From assembly GCA_951406725.2 (NCBI GenBank), contig OX597817.1, positions 64,480,001-64,544,000 of the forward strand: 64,000 bases of DNA, written 5' to 3'. Positions 1 to 12,157 of this stretch are shown here, piece after piece. Made by a program: the position numbers and the translations under genes. The stretch is from Octopus vulgaris (taxonomy: Eukaryota). The first letter of the stretch is position 1, and each line of letters starts with the position of its first letter. The notes below the pieces were generated by a model that saw nothing but the letters and a program-made list of their open reading frames with translations, was not told the origin of the DNA and did no database searches.

Positions 1-3000
1 TAAATTAAGTCCTTTGCTGCCTTTGGAGCATAAGCCATTGACTTTTCTCCACTATTTTCAACTTCGGTCTGTTTTTTTCTGCTTCTCTCCAGCTGGATCC
101 CTGCTTTTCATCGTACATTTTCCAGAAGTTTTATTGACTCTGAATTGTTGACCTTCTGTGACTTTGTAAGGGAAGCCTTACCACTGGCATAACTCACATT
201 GAAGGATATTAAGTCTACCAGCTTATTCTGGTTTCCAAGGCATTTAAGTGACAGAGTACAAGACTCAACTGCACTGAATGGGACACTCATCCACCACAGG
301 ACTAACTCCCCACATGTCATTAATACTCATGTGGACTGAAGCTACATGAAGTATCTTGCTCAAGGATGCAACATGCTGCCCAATCCATGAAGCCCATGAA
401 TTTATGACCATGTGCTCAACACCCTAACCACCATGTTGTGTTACTTCACATTTAATAATATAGTCCTAGATAAATATAATGGAATGATCACAGCTGAAAT
501 ACCTTTGATCATAGGTCTGACCAGATATTCTACAACCATTATCCATGTCTTTCTTTCTATTATAATGAGGAATCACTCATTGGTGCAATTTCTCATCATG
601 TCACTTTTACTCAAAGAATAATAAACAGAACTGAAAAACAGTAGCTTGAGAGAGACTTGCAGAATGCAGAGCTGTTCTATTCTAGTTAACATATCCTCAC
701 AGGCAGCAAATCAACAGAATCATTAGAGCAATGGATAAAATACTTTGCAGTATTTATTCTGACTCTTATCATACTAAGTTCAAATCCTTTCAAGATCAAC
801 TTCATTTTTCAACCTTCTGCGTCAATAAAATAAAGTACTAATCCAAACTGATAGATTGGTAGAGTTATTAATACAAGACAAAATGTTTAATGGCATTTGT
901 TGTGGCTCTTCATATTCCGAATACTCAGACAAGTGCAGTGAATTTGTCTGTATGCAGCTAACAAGATATCTTCTGAAACCTGAAGATTTTCATGACAAGA
1001 GCTATCTTGTCAAGGAAGTTACCAGGGATCATTCATAACCTGATGGCACAAAAAAGAAAAGAAACCATTACACACTATATTTTGAGTTTAAATCCTGCCA
1101 AAAGTTAACTTTGCTTTTCATCTGTTTCAGGAGAATAAACTAAACACAATAACAGTTATGTAGTGGATTTTCTAACCCTAATCATGTGTTGCATGAAAAA
1201 GTATGTAAGATTTTATACTTGAGGAAGAACTATGGAAGGAATACAATAGACCAAAGCACACTATCTGAATCTGAGCAGATAAGTAAGCTTCTATATGGTC
1301 ACTCACTCAGTTAGAAATAACAGTCAAATTTCCATCAAAACACATTCTATCATCATCTAGTTTGAGGGAGGTGATAGTTCGATTTCTAAGTTGCTTGTTA
1401 CTTCAGTGGAGCTTAAATATTCTCTTTGATTATGATTGCTGCTTTAAAGAAGTAAATATCAAAGCAACATGAAAAGAAGGGCATCAGACTACAACAGTAT
1501 GAATTCTAATCTTGCTAACAATTTCACCACATTACTGCATTATAAACCATAAGGTGGTTGTTGATTGTAGGTCCTAATGCGTCTCCAACACCATCTATTT
1601 CTGTTTCACTATTTTTCTAACTTTATCCCTCCTTCCTTTTCCAATTAACTATTTTAAGTACATAGTACAGCACTAGATTCAAACTAAGCACTTATATTTC
1701 TACACTAATGATGGTAATGCTCTTATCTGCTAAGTTACTAATGCATATACATATATGTATATACTGGGTCACAGATGTTGCTCACACAGCTTTATTCTAT
1801 TAAATGTGCGTCATGTAATTTGATCCAAAATGCTGCTTAGAAATTAAAATGCAATAAATGTTTAAAATTAAAATAAGTTAATGAAATTTTTATGTGTTTT
1901 ATTGATTCTTTTTATTACACAATCATGGAAACAATAAGACAAAACAGCCCAGGCATTAATTTGTCTGGTTATTATCATTATTATAATTTCTCTAGACTCT
2001 CAGAAACAAATATTCAGACAACAATGAGCAATATACAAAAACACAGCTGCGGTAGGAGGGGGGGAAAAAAGCAAAATTAACAAAAAAAATCTTTGGCCTT
2101 AGTTTGAGTGACTAGGAGAAGATAGAATCCTTAATTACATTCATGAGTGCATTTGAATAATCTCTTTAGTCACAGACAGAAGTTTATGAAGCAAATTTAT
2201 AAGGGGAGAAAACTTGCAGAATAGTTTCTTAATTATGGAAGCATTTATTTCTTATCCTAGGACAATCATACAAGCACTTGCAGATGTATGCATTAATATA
2301 AAGAATGAGGCAAGAGGTAGTCTTTTCTTAGCCATTGCATGTCTAAAACTGTATAAAACAAGATAAAAATAAGAAAAATCTACAAAAATAATATGAAAAT
2401 TTAATAGCATTAGCTCCTAATACAACTTTACTAGAATGACATTCAGTAAAATTTGGAAATTAATTTGAAACATTTAAAAAAATATATATAGAAAAATAAA
2501 AATCATTAAGATCTTTCTTTACGAATCGATGAATAATTATTTTCTTTGGGGAAGGGAGAATTGGGTGGAAATCTCCACAGACAATTTAAAGGTTAAAAAA
2601 AATATACACTAACCATAAAATATTAACTGAATACAACAAAGTCACAAAATGTCAAAATTCACAGATCAATTTTTATTCCATTTGACCCAAACCTCATTTT
2701 CAGCAGGTAGCTCCATCCAGAGCCAATTACTGTTTTATTCTTAGCATCTTCTGAGATACAGGCTCAATAGAAAATCCAAAATTTTGTGGTATATATGTCT
2801 TCATAAATCATACTGTGCCTCTGGCTCAACAGAGGATCAAATACATTACAGTATATATATATTTCTCTCTACATTTCATTTTGAGTTGATTCAACAGGAC
2901 CCAATAATTTTATAGTCTATAGTTCTCCACATTTCATTTTGAGCCTCTGAGTCAACACAAAATCCAAACGTCAACTTAAGCCTGCAGTTTAACAGAGAAC

Positions 3001-5408
3001 CCAAATTCACATAAAAATAGTATAACAGGTTTTAAACACATGCAACATTTTCTAATCAGAGTTGGCAGGGGCCAACATTGAGGACAATATATATTTCAAG
3101 TTAGATCAATTGCATCATCATCATCTTCGGAGTAAAAAAATATTGATGAATGACAGATCTTAAGAACAGATAAACATTGATGAACCTAACAAGTGCCATA
3201 TACTATCATATGGTACAGTACTTCTTACTAACATGATAAAAATTGGTTATCACGATAATATTTACAATAGAGACTAAATAGTAATAACTGCTTCTTATAA
3301 AGACATGAAACCTGACATTTTTAGGGCACAGGAAGTTGTGAGGCTCATGCATTTTCAAATAGTCAAGACATGAATTGAGATGGTTCCAAACAGGGGTGAA
3401 AAATCATAAATTTGGCATTCATCACAATTGTAATAATAATAAAGATAATCTTTACATTAGTAATCAGTAATTACTACAATATTCACATTTTGGCCACAAT
3501 TACACATTAACAGCAGTTTATAATTATCTGACACAGACATCAATGGAGTAAATCTATCCCAGAAAAATATTTAAACAAAAAACAAACAAAAAAAAACAAA
3601 ACGTTTCTGAATAGACATCTGAGTAAGGAAAGACTAATGGTTGATGAAAACCAAAAAGCATAAATACCCAAAATATATTTTTCTCATAGCAGATATAATA
3701 GGAATACTGGTCCCTCCTCCTCACAAAAAAAAAAAAAAAAGGAAAAGAAAAAAATTAATCACAAGATTAAATCAATAGAATCGTCCAGACACTTTTCTAC
3801 AAATGGAGAAATTTGACATTTCAAAAACTGCTTTTTGCAGTTATTGATAAAAAAGAAAAACTTAAGCACAAAGCCTTAGATTTATAAGAGAAGGAAAACT
3901 GAATGTTGTGATGTCCATCCATTTCTCAAGCATACAAAAGCTAAATGAAATGGCATCAACGTCAAAGTAAAACCAAAATCAATAGTGAGATCTGTAGTGA
4001 TGGCACTTCACTTTTTTGGTTTCTATTTACCTTTTATTTTTAGTTATTATTAAGATAATATCTGGAAATAAACCAAGTTCTTTGAATTAAGAATTCATAA
4101 GGATCAAACTATTCAACAATTATACTAGCACCACATATTTCATAACATCAATAATATTTTTTTCCTTTTTTCTTCTACAAACATCCTCATTAAGAATAAA
4201 TTATTATACAGTCCAGCAAGTTATATCAATAATGCATTCTAACTCATTTGTGTTTGTGTGTGTGTATGTGCATGCATACACTTTTACTGGTTCCATCCAG
4301 TGAACTGTGGTCATGTCAGGGCACTGCCATCGATGCTTACAATTGAAACAAAGGTGCTGTCAGTACATGTCACACCCTTTTATGTGATAAGCCAAGCATC
4401 TAGTAGAAACAGTTGGTAACTGACTGCTGTTCTGTTACAGGGTTTGTCTGGTACAAGAAAGAAGGAAGGCACACTGTCATGACAGTGTATGCATAGATCA
4501 AGCAGTAGACAAGCAAACAAACCATTTCATTACTGAAATTATCACAGTCACTTGACCAACCACAAGTACATGCAGTCCAATGTGTGATTATAAAAAAACT
4601 AAAAATACAGACCTTATAGCCAAACCCCCTGTATACAGTTGGCCTTCTGTATTTGTTCCCCCACCCACTAATAAGTACACATACATTAGACACAATACAT
4701 TCCATAAACCAATGAGGAAGCTGCTGTATGATCGTTTGACCTGAGCTAAATCTCCCTCAAATCATCTAAAGAAATAGGACTTCGTACTCTGCACCTTGGG
4801 GAAAATGGTTCTTGATCAGAACACCTTTGATCCAAAAGTCAGCTAGATCATGTCTGACCTGGACTAAATAACTTGGCAACTATCTCACGCTCCGAAACAA
4901 AAAATATATAATAATAATAATAATAATAATAATGAAAGAAATAGTAATAATGAAAAAATAAATTTTAAATAAATATAAATAAAATAGAGGATTTGGATCG
5001 GCAGGATTTCAAATCTGACTTAGAACAGTCGGCTGATAATGTTTTACTTTGTTTTAATTGATTTCCACAGATGCCAAAAAGGTTTATCTATAAATATTTC
5101 ATATTGTTATAACAGGAAACAACAATAGAATCAGTCAGAAACACTGTACATAAAATTTTTTTAAAGAAATGGGAGAAAAAAATGAAAAATGAGAAATTAT
5201 TTAGAAAATCACAGAGTGGATGAGTTATAAACTATGACACCCACCTAATAAATACACTGTGTGTGTGTGTGTGTGTGTATTGCTATTAATAGTAAGTGGT
5301 AGCAGTTTGAAATAAATCTGCTCCTAACATCAAAGTGTAAAACTGTAAACAACAATTATTATTACACAGATTATTCACAACGCAGATTGAAATTCAAATA
5401 CACACACA

Positions 5409-6879
5409 CAGAGGCAGCTAAATTGAACCCACTTTTAAAATATTATGATACCATGAATTAAGAGCTAATATTTTACATGTAACAAGTCTAAAATATTAAC
5501 TTCGTTCTTTTTTTTATTACACATTGTGATAGATTATACTCAAGTTAGGGAATCACTGCTACAAAATGTTATTGTTGAAATGAGCCATGCTGAGCATAGC
5601 CTTCATGACATCATTATCAATACAAGGTATGAAAAGGGAACAGTTTACTGTACTCTGAGTAAACTAAAGGCTCAGTGATTAGGGCAGTGGACTCGCGGTC
5701 GGAGGATCAAGGTTTCAATTCCCAGACCAGGTGTTGTGTGTTTATTGAGCGAAAACACCTAAAAGCTCCACAAGGCTCTGGCAGGGGGGGGGGCAACCCC
5801 TGTTGTACTCTTTCGCCACAACTTTCTCTCACTCTCTCTTCCTGTTTCTTGAGTAATGCTGCGATGGACTGCCATCCCATCCAGCTGGGGGGAGCACATA
5901 CGCCACAGAAACCAGGAAACTGGGCCCATGAGCCTGGCTAGGCTTGAAAAGGGAGACGTTTATCGTTTTATTGCAAGTGTACCTGTACCTTTCAGGCTGA
6001 TTTGAAATGATCTATCACAGAAAATCATTATCAGCATGGCCAAAGACCACAAAAATCACTATCAGCTTGCCAAAGACCACAATGTGAGCAGGAAGACAAT
6101 AGTTAACGCTGTTAAAAGCTACTTAAATATAAAGTCAATGTTTACTGGTGTTGATGCATTCTCACAGCCTGCTCTAAAGCTATTAGGGTTGAGAGAGCCC
6201 CAAAGCTTTTCAATTATCTGAATCATATGGGAAGGAAAGTAAAGATCTTTGTCAACAAAAACAAATTCATAGTTAGACAAGTCATCAATCACCACAATGG
6301 CAGGGTTATTGCTTCTCAGCCTTCTGAAGTTATTGCTGTCTTACAAAATAAGATCCTACCCCAGTGATGGTGTTGGGAGTAAGCCATTGCAAACAAAAGC
6401 TAAGTGATACCACCTCATTTTATTGAAGCAAATTTTATCAACATGACTGAATAGTCAAACATCTTTGATAGAGTTCCAGTGACATTGATTATTAGGCATT
6501 CTAATCTGAATGAGGTTATGTTCACCCAAGAGTCTGCAATAAGACCTGTATCAGAGCATGTGCAGGATTATTTCAAGATGAAGCTTTCACTATTTGTCTC
6601 CAAGGAAGTCTAGCTTGGCAGATCTTTATTGTTATGATTTTTGGATATGGAGCATCATTGAGCACAAGTCCAATGCAACAGCTCACAGCAATGTCACTAT
6701 GCTGAAGACTGCCATTAGAAAGGCATTCAGGTCTATGGATGATGTTAGAAGGCATGCTCAGCTTTCCATATCTGTATTCAGTCAATTGTAACATTACATG
6801 ATATCCTTTCTAATATTATAACAAATAAACATACACAAAATATAAACACAAACTGTCTTAATTTGGCTGCCTGACCTCG
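5409..6879 (+). mobile_element. Degenerate Tc1/mariner (maT, DD37D-like) DNA transposon interrupted by a SINE
   Basis: Imperfect TIRs (gaggcagctaaattgaac near 5411; gtcttaatttggctgcctgacc near 6855-6877). Remnant peptides PVMVLGV and ADLYCYDFWIWSIIEHKSNATAHSNVTMLKTAIRKAF resemble SPDLNPLDFxxW...LKxAI. Multiple stops and frameshifts. Confidence 0.75.
5669..5970 (+). mobile_element. tRNA-derived SINE (octopus OR-type head)
   Basis: A-box-like ggctcagtgattagggc and B-box-like ggtttcaattccc. The first ~180 bp are shared with the minus-strand copy at 22370-22562; the 3' body differs. Confidence 0.8.
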
Positions 6880-7305
6880 CAACACACACAAGGATGTACA
6901 AATGAGAGAAAGCATATTCAATATATATATAGTAGAACTTACTTATTCATGCAAAGCTGTGAATCCTCTCCACTACTGTTCAATAGATTCTTGCTACATG
7001 CAATCCTTCAAGTAACAAACAAATGAAGAGTCTCTGAATAGCAACAAAATGAATCCCCAACTTCAAATGAATACAACACAACACACACAAGGTAGATCAT
7101 TTACTTAAATAAATTTCTATTTTTAGAAACAGTTCAAGATTCACAAACTCACAATTAAATGGTGATAAAAATATGAATGTAGTTTGTTTTTATTTTGTTA
7201 TACAATATGATTATGGCACCTGATTTTCAGATAATATATTCAAGATTTCTAAGAAAAAAGGGCAAAATAACAAAGAGACACAAAAAGATTTAAACAATGA
7301 AAATA

Positions 7306-7350
<45 letters not shown>

Positions 7351-7695
7351 CAGACACAAATAAAATAATAGGATTTCTTATTGAGGCATAAAGCCTAACA
7401 TACAGAGCAGAAAGGAAACATGTGCTGCAATCTTCATAGCATTGAAGTTGTTCCAACAAAGAAATGGAGCCAGTTCACATACATACACACATACATTCAT
7501 TTACAATTTGTGTTTATAAGTTGAAGAAAAAATAGAAAAAAATAACGGAAAAAGAATATGAGATATTTTTGTTGTGAGAAAAAAATGGTGTTGGCATCTG
7601 ATAAAAATTAATCAGATGAAAATGATAATGATGTAAAGTGATGTATGTTGAAGAGAGAGCAAGAAGTGAGAGACAGAGAATGTGCAATGAGATGA

Positions 7696-7896
7696 TTAGT
7701 ACTGCCGCTGTTGATACTGTGCCTGCGGTGAATAGTCTTGTTGGTTGTATGCCTGGAACTGTGTTTGCTGCTGGCTAGGAGATTTCTGTAGTGGAGGCAC
7801 ACCTTTACGGTAAACTAACATATTTAGAACTGGCTTCCGTTGGATGTATTCTACAGCCTTTTTGTGTGTGGCTACAGTCATGTCATGACCATTCAC
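7696..7896 (-). CDS. TAX1BP3: TAX1BP3-like last coding exon (VNGHDMTVATHKKAVEYIQRKPVLNMLVYRKGVPPLQKSPSQQQTQFQAYNQQDYSPQAQYQQRQY*)
   Basis: Acceptor ttttccag|GTG; PDZ motif VNGxDMTxxTH; TAA stop at 7698-7696. The spliced product is 14+51+26+66 = 157 aa. Confidence 0.95.
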   Translation of the reverse strand: MNGHDMTVATHKKAVEYIQRKPVLNMLVYRKGVPPLQKSPSQQQTQFQAYNQQDYSPQAQYQQRQY

Positions 7897-8349
7897 CTGG
7901 AAAAAACATAGAGACACAAAGTTCATATATATATGGAAATTCATTACATTATTCATACACACGCACAGTTAGTAAAAAGATTGTTATTTTTCACACTTTA
8001 CAAAGGAGGGGTAGGTTTATATAAACCACAGAATTTGAATGATAGTTGTAATTGTAATCAAGTAATCCAACTGAATTCTTGTCAACAGCCATACAGCACT
8101 GGTAGGCTATTGAGTTTCAGAAGTGAATCCTAGGCACTGCATACCAAATAGATCATGCTTCAGTGCAGTGTGGGAGCATGCTGCAGACACTTCCATGTTA
8201 GTTATATAAAATACACTCAATATTTTAACAGTCATGTTTCCCAGTTTATATGTAGCAAGATACTGGTTGTATCCACAGCAAAGATAGGAACTTAATCAGT
8301 GGTAATGGTTCTGTCTACTGAGAACTTCCTAAAGGTAAGAAGGAGCTAA

Positions 8350-8569
8350 CCCTTTCACAATCAAACCAGCCAGATCTGGCCTAAATATTCTATTTGTTTT
8401 ATGTCAAAACTGGCTAGATCATGCCTCTCACACCTACTCTACAATGCCTTTCTAAAAATAAAGAATAACATCATCAAAATCTCAAAGTTACAAGATAATG
8501 CATGACTAATTCAAAATAATATGAATAAATAAGCATTACATTTGACAGAGTAAACTGAATGCTAAAAGA
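8350..8569. mobile_element. piggyBac-type MITE (family also at 46393-46753 and ~52097-52535)
   Basis: Begins (c)taa|CCCTTT and ends ...gctaaaaga|ttaa. The body is the reverse complement of the TTAA-flanked copy at 46393. Confidence 0.6.
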
Positions 8570-9031
8570 TTAAATCATTGTAAGTTTTAAAAGTTAAACA
8601 AGAAATATAAATATGTGGTGAAGGAAAAACAATACAAGTCAATTACTAACATTATTTTCAATTTTTTTTTTTTTAGCAAGAGAGATAATTCTGAAAATGT
8701 TTCACTCTTAATCTGACTTCATCAACGAAACACAACTTTCACTTAATAAGTAGCTGTGAATGAATCAGTAAATAAATGTACACAACTGATAAAAAAATGT
8801 GGATTTCTGCCCTGTCTCATTTACAAGATTCAGTTTTAGATAAAGGAAAAGAACAGGTATTTGAATATCTCCTGATAACTGAAACATTAGTATTCTATAA
8901 TCACTGTACATTAAGACCACTGTGCAATGAATGAAGCATGGTGTATCCTGAACAGTAGCCTAGTATATTTTCAATGGTATTTTCTACAGTTTAAAGAAAA
9001 TTAATTTAAGTAATAAACTAAATTCACTCAC

Positions 9032-9109
9032 CTGAAGTATTTTGTCATGAACCTGAAGCCCAGTTCGTGCAGCAGGACCATTTTCATGAATATACGTCAC
9101 ATATATACC
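9032..9109 (-). CDS. TAX1BP3: TAX1BP3-like coding exon 3 (GIYVTYIHENGPAARTGLQVHDKILQ)
   Basis: Acceptor tttcag|GGT and donor CAG|gtgagt; 78 nt. Carries the PDZ core GIYVT..GPA..GL..DKILQ. Confidence 0.95.
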
Positions 9110-9584
9110 CTGAAATCACAACAGGATCCTATATATTTTTACTCTCATGTACACACAATAGTGAAAATTTAAAGGAACAAAAAATTAAGGAAAAAAGCAA
9201 CAGGAATTAGTTAATTTACAATGAAGAACAATAATTGAAAGATTTTTAGTTCACATTCTGCTGCATGAAAAAAAAAAAAGAGCATTTGTTCAAATTGCAA
9301 TTTTTAAAAAATCAGATTATCATTACAAAAACATCCAAGGATATCTTAAATCTGAAAAAGAAGCAGAGAATTTTTGTGAATTAATTACATGGATAATTTC
9401 GGCTAATCATAGTTTCTCAATTATTTGACATGTGTGACCTTCCAATATTATTCCAAAAACTAATATCTCAACCACACTGGGTAATGAGAACACTATCATT
9501 TCACAATGGCAACAATTAACTCAAGGGAATGCATTCGATAGTTACTCTAATAATATGCAAAATATGTCAAAATCGTTTCTTCGT

Positions 9585-9730
9585 CAGTCATGGGCAACCC
9601 TTTTCAAGAAGTGGGCCACACAAGACGTAGCTCATTATCAGGTGGGCTGCACTACTAAAATAATTCAAGGTAATTTTTCATTGGCCATGCCATTCAAGAA
9701 GTCTTGTGGGCCACAGTTTGCCCATGGCTG
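9585..9730. mobile_element. hAT-type MITE (146 bp)
   Basis: TIRs CAGTCATGGGCAA / TTGCCCATGGCTG; degenerate 8-bp TSD ttcttcgt / ttctacat. A second copy lies in opposite orientation at 51646-51799. Confidence 0.75.
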
Positions 9731-10619
9731 TTCTACATGAGTGCTTGACTAGCTGGAAATAGCAGCCAAAAGCCCTTCAAATTACAAACATCTTGAAAAA
9801 ATGGAGAAACATTTTGCATGGCGTAATTCAGAATAGCCTATGTCTGAAAAAACAAGGTGGTCACAGTTGGAACAGCTTTAGTCATAGGTCTGCTAGATCA
9901 TGGCTCACCTGGAACTAAGTAATAACAACAATCAAAATTAACTAAAGATCTGCAGAAGTTCAAAGCATGGTAGTAAAAAAAACAGAAAGTGAACATAAAC
10001 AAAACTAAAGAATAAGTTAGTAGCAGAAACTACAAAAGTTGTCTGACTTAATATTTAGAAAAAAATTACACTAATACTCAGTATTGTGTTTTCTTTACAA
10101 AAAAAGAAGAAAAAAAACATAGCTGTGATTCACACATGAGTAATGACCTGGTAAAATGTACCATATTTTTGCTTATTGTTTTAGATGTCAATGTAATCAC
10201 AAGAGAAAATAGATACCCTCTTGGCCCTCCAGCCCTTGACCAAGAACATCAAGGACAGAGGGCTACACCAGCACTAGCCTGATATTCTTTTCAACTAAGT
10301 ACAATGGAGTAAGGTGAAGTGAAGCATCTTGTTTAAAGAGACAATAAACATTGCTCAGGTCAGAAATCAAATTATGAACAATAGATTACAAGCAACAGAT
10401 ATAAAGGAATCTCTGGTAGACTGGTAGGGAAGCCAAGCTTCAGATGAATCAGATGCATAAAGTAACTAACAGCATGGACAGATGAGAACTGAAAGCCATG
10501 AGCTGCTCAGCAGGCTCGCTGAAAGAGTTTCTATTATTTAAATTATGTAATTAGTGCTGAAGGGGAAAGCTAGGGAAAAAATAGCAGCTGAAATTGGAAA
10601 GAATACAGAACTGTTAATA

Positions 10620-10874
10620 TAATATTCTTCTTCATAGGAGAGGAACATAAAACGGCAGTAGTTCTGAAAAGAATCGATAAATTCGACATGGGGTCGAGAA
10701 TCAGAAACACAAACCACAGACTGTCTAGGGGACGCAACTCGACCTTTTTAACTCTCAAAAAAATTAACCATAATTTTTTTCCCATCTTTTTGCTATTTTT
10801 TGGCTATAACTCTCTAAAAATGCTTTATAGTTATTTCCCTTACAAACTCGAGCAACGCCGGGCGATACTGCTAG
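10620..10874 (+). mobile_element. Non-autonomous Helitron (3' end intact, 5' end unclear)
   Basis: 3' hairpin ctcgagcaacgccggg followed by CTAG|t at 10871-10875. The 3' ~90 bp are shared with the element at 57004-57508. Confidence 0.75.
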
Positions 10875-11030
10875 TACTACATAAATTGTATCAAGTGTGA
10901 TACTGAAATAAATATAGAAAGAGTCAACAGGAATAAACTGAGTCTGGTCTGTCAACTTTACAATGCTATCTGATAAAAAAATATCTATGAAAAGATTTGG
11001 CAGATGTATGCAGGAAAAAGTAAAATCCAG

Positions 11031-12157
11031 GGTTAATGTTGACATAATTATCCGGAAATGAAATTGAAAAAAAAAATAGTGCAACAGGTGTAAAAAAAAA
11101 AAGGTGTAGAAAATGAATATGAAAACAAAAACGCACAGAAAGCAACAGGAAGGGGGAGGATTTCAGAAAATTCACAAGATCCGAGTTTTTCCCTCATAAC
11201 TTTTAGGAAAATGGGTTTTTTTTAAATGAAATTTTATATAAATACCTTTCAAATGGCATGCATTACGGATGCTTAATGTGCCACAAACCCCTTATTTCTG
11301 TTTGGAAAAAAGTGGGGAGAAACCGGAATTATTAGAAAATGTTTTTCTTTTCTTCGAAGAATGAATTACGGTGACCTAATATGCCACAATCTTCAATCTG
11401 GGATTAATATATCCAGTGATTTTTAAGAGGTATGAAAAAGAAATTTAGTTTTAATATTATAATTTTACTTGTTTCACACACACAAACATTAACATGGTTT
11501 TTGTAAGGATTTTGTATCATTCTTTCTCTCTCCAGTTCAGACTTTATTACCACTGATTTTTATAACTTCAACATTTTCATTTATTCTTCTTTTCAAATTT
11601 GTTTGAATTTTCACTCTAATGTAATCCACACTCTAGAAAACGTATTTCTGCAAAATGTTATCTTAAAATATGGGTAAAGAAAAGAGGCTAATGCAGTTTT
11701 ACATCTCACCTTCAAAAACTCATTTATGGGGTACCCCCCACTTTTTTCCAAACAAAAATAAGGAGTTTACGGCACATTAGGCATCCATAATGCATGTCGT
11801 TTGAAAAGTATTAATATACAATTTCATAAAAGATATCCATTTTCCTTAAAGTTATGATGGAAAAAATCAGATCTTGTGAATTTTCCGAAGTCCTCTCCCT
11901 ACCTCTTCAGAAAAGATTTTACCCACAAATTTCGTTATAATCGTAATGTATACCGTTTGAAAGGTATTTATATAAAATTTCATTTAAAAAAACCCATTTT
12001 GCTAAAAGGTAGGAGGGAAAAACTCGGATCTTGTAAATTTTCCAAAGCCCTCTTCACACCCACCTGTTGCTTTCTGCACATTTTTGTTTGCATATTCATT
12101 TCCTACACCTTTTTTTTTTTTTTTTTTCGTTTCTGGGTAATAATGTCAACATTAACC
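11031..12157. mobile_element. Foldback / long-TIR non-autonomous DNA transposon (Merlin-like by GG termini and 8-bp TSD)
   Basis: Termini GGTTAATGTTGACA / TGTCAACATTAACC; flanks aaatccag / aactccag (7 of 8 match). Inverted arms run over roughly 290 bp, and a subterminal block is present twice in the right arm. The superfamily call is an inference. Confidence 0.8.

Noticed and set aside
5669-5735. Functional tRNA gene (also 22490-22562)
   Set aside because: The tRNA-like head continues into a SINE body, with no clean acceptor stem or Pol III terminator.
7897-7962. N-terminal part of ORF 7696-7962 (MCMNNVMNF...) as coding
   Set aside because: It is intron sequence upstream of the acceptor at 7897; the true N-terminus comes from three upstream exons.
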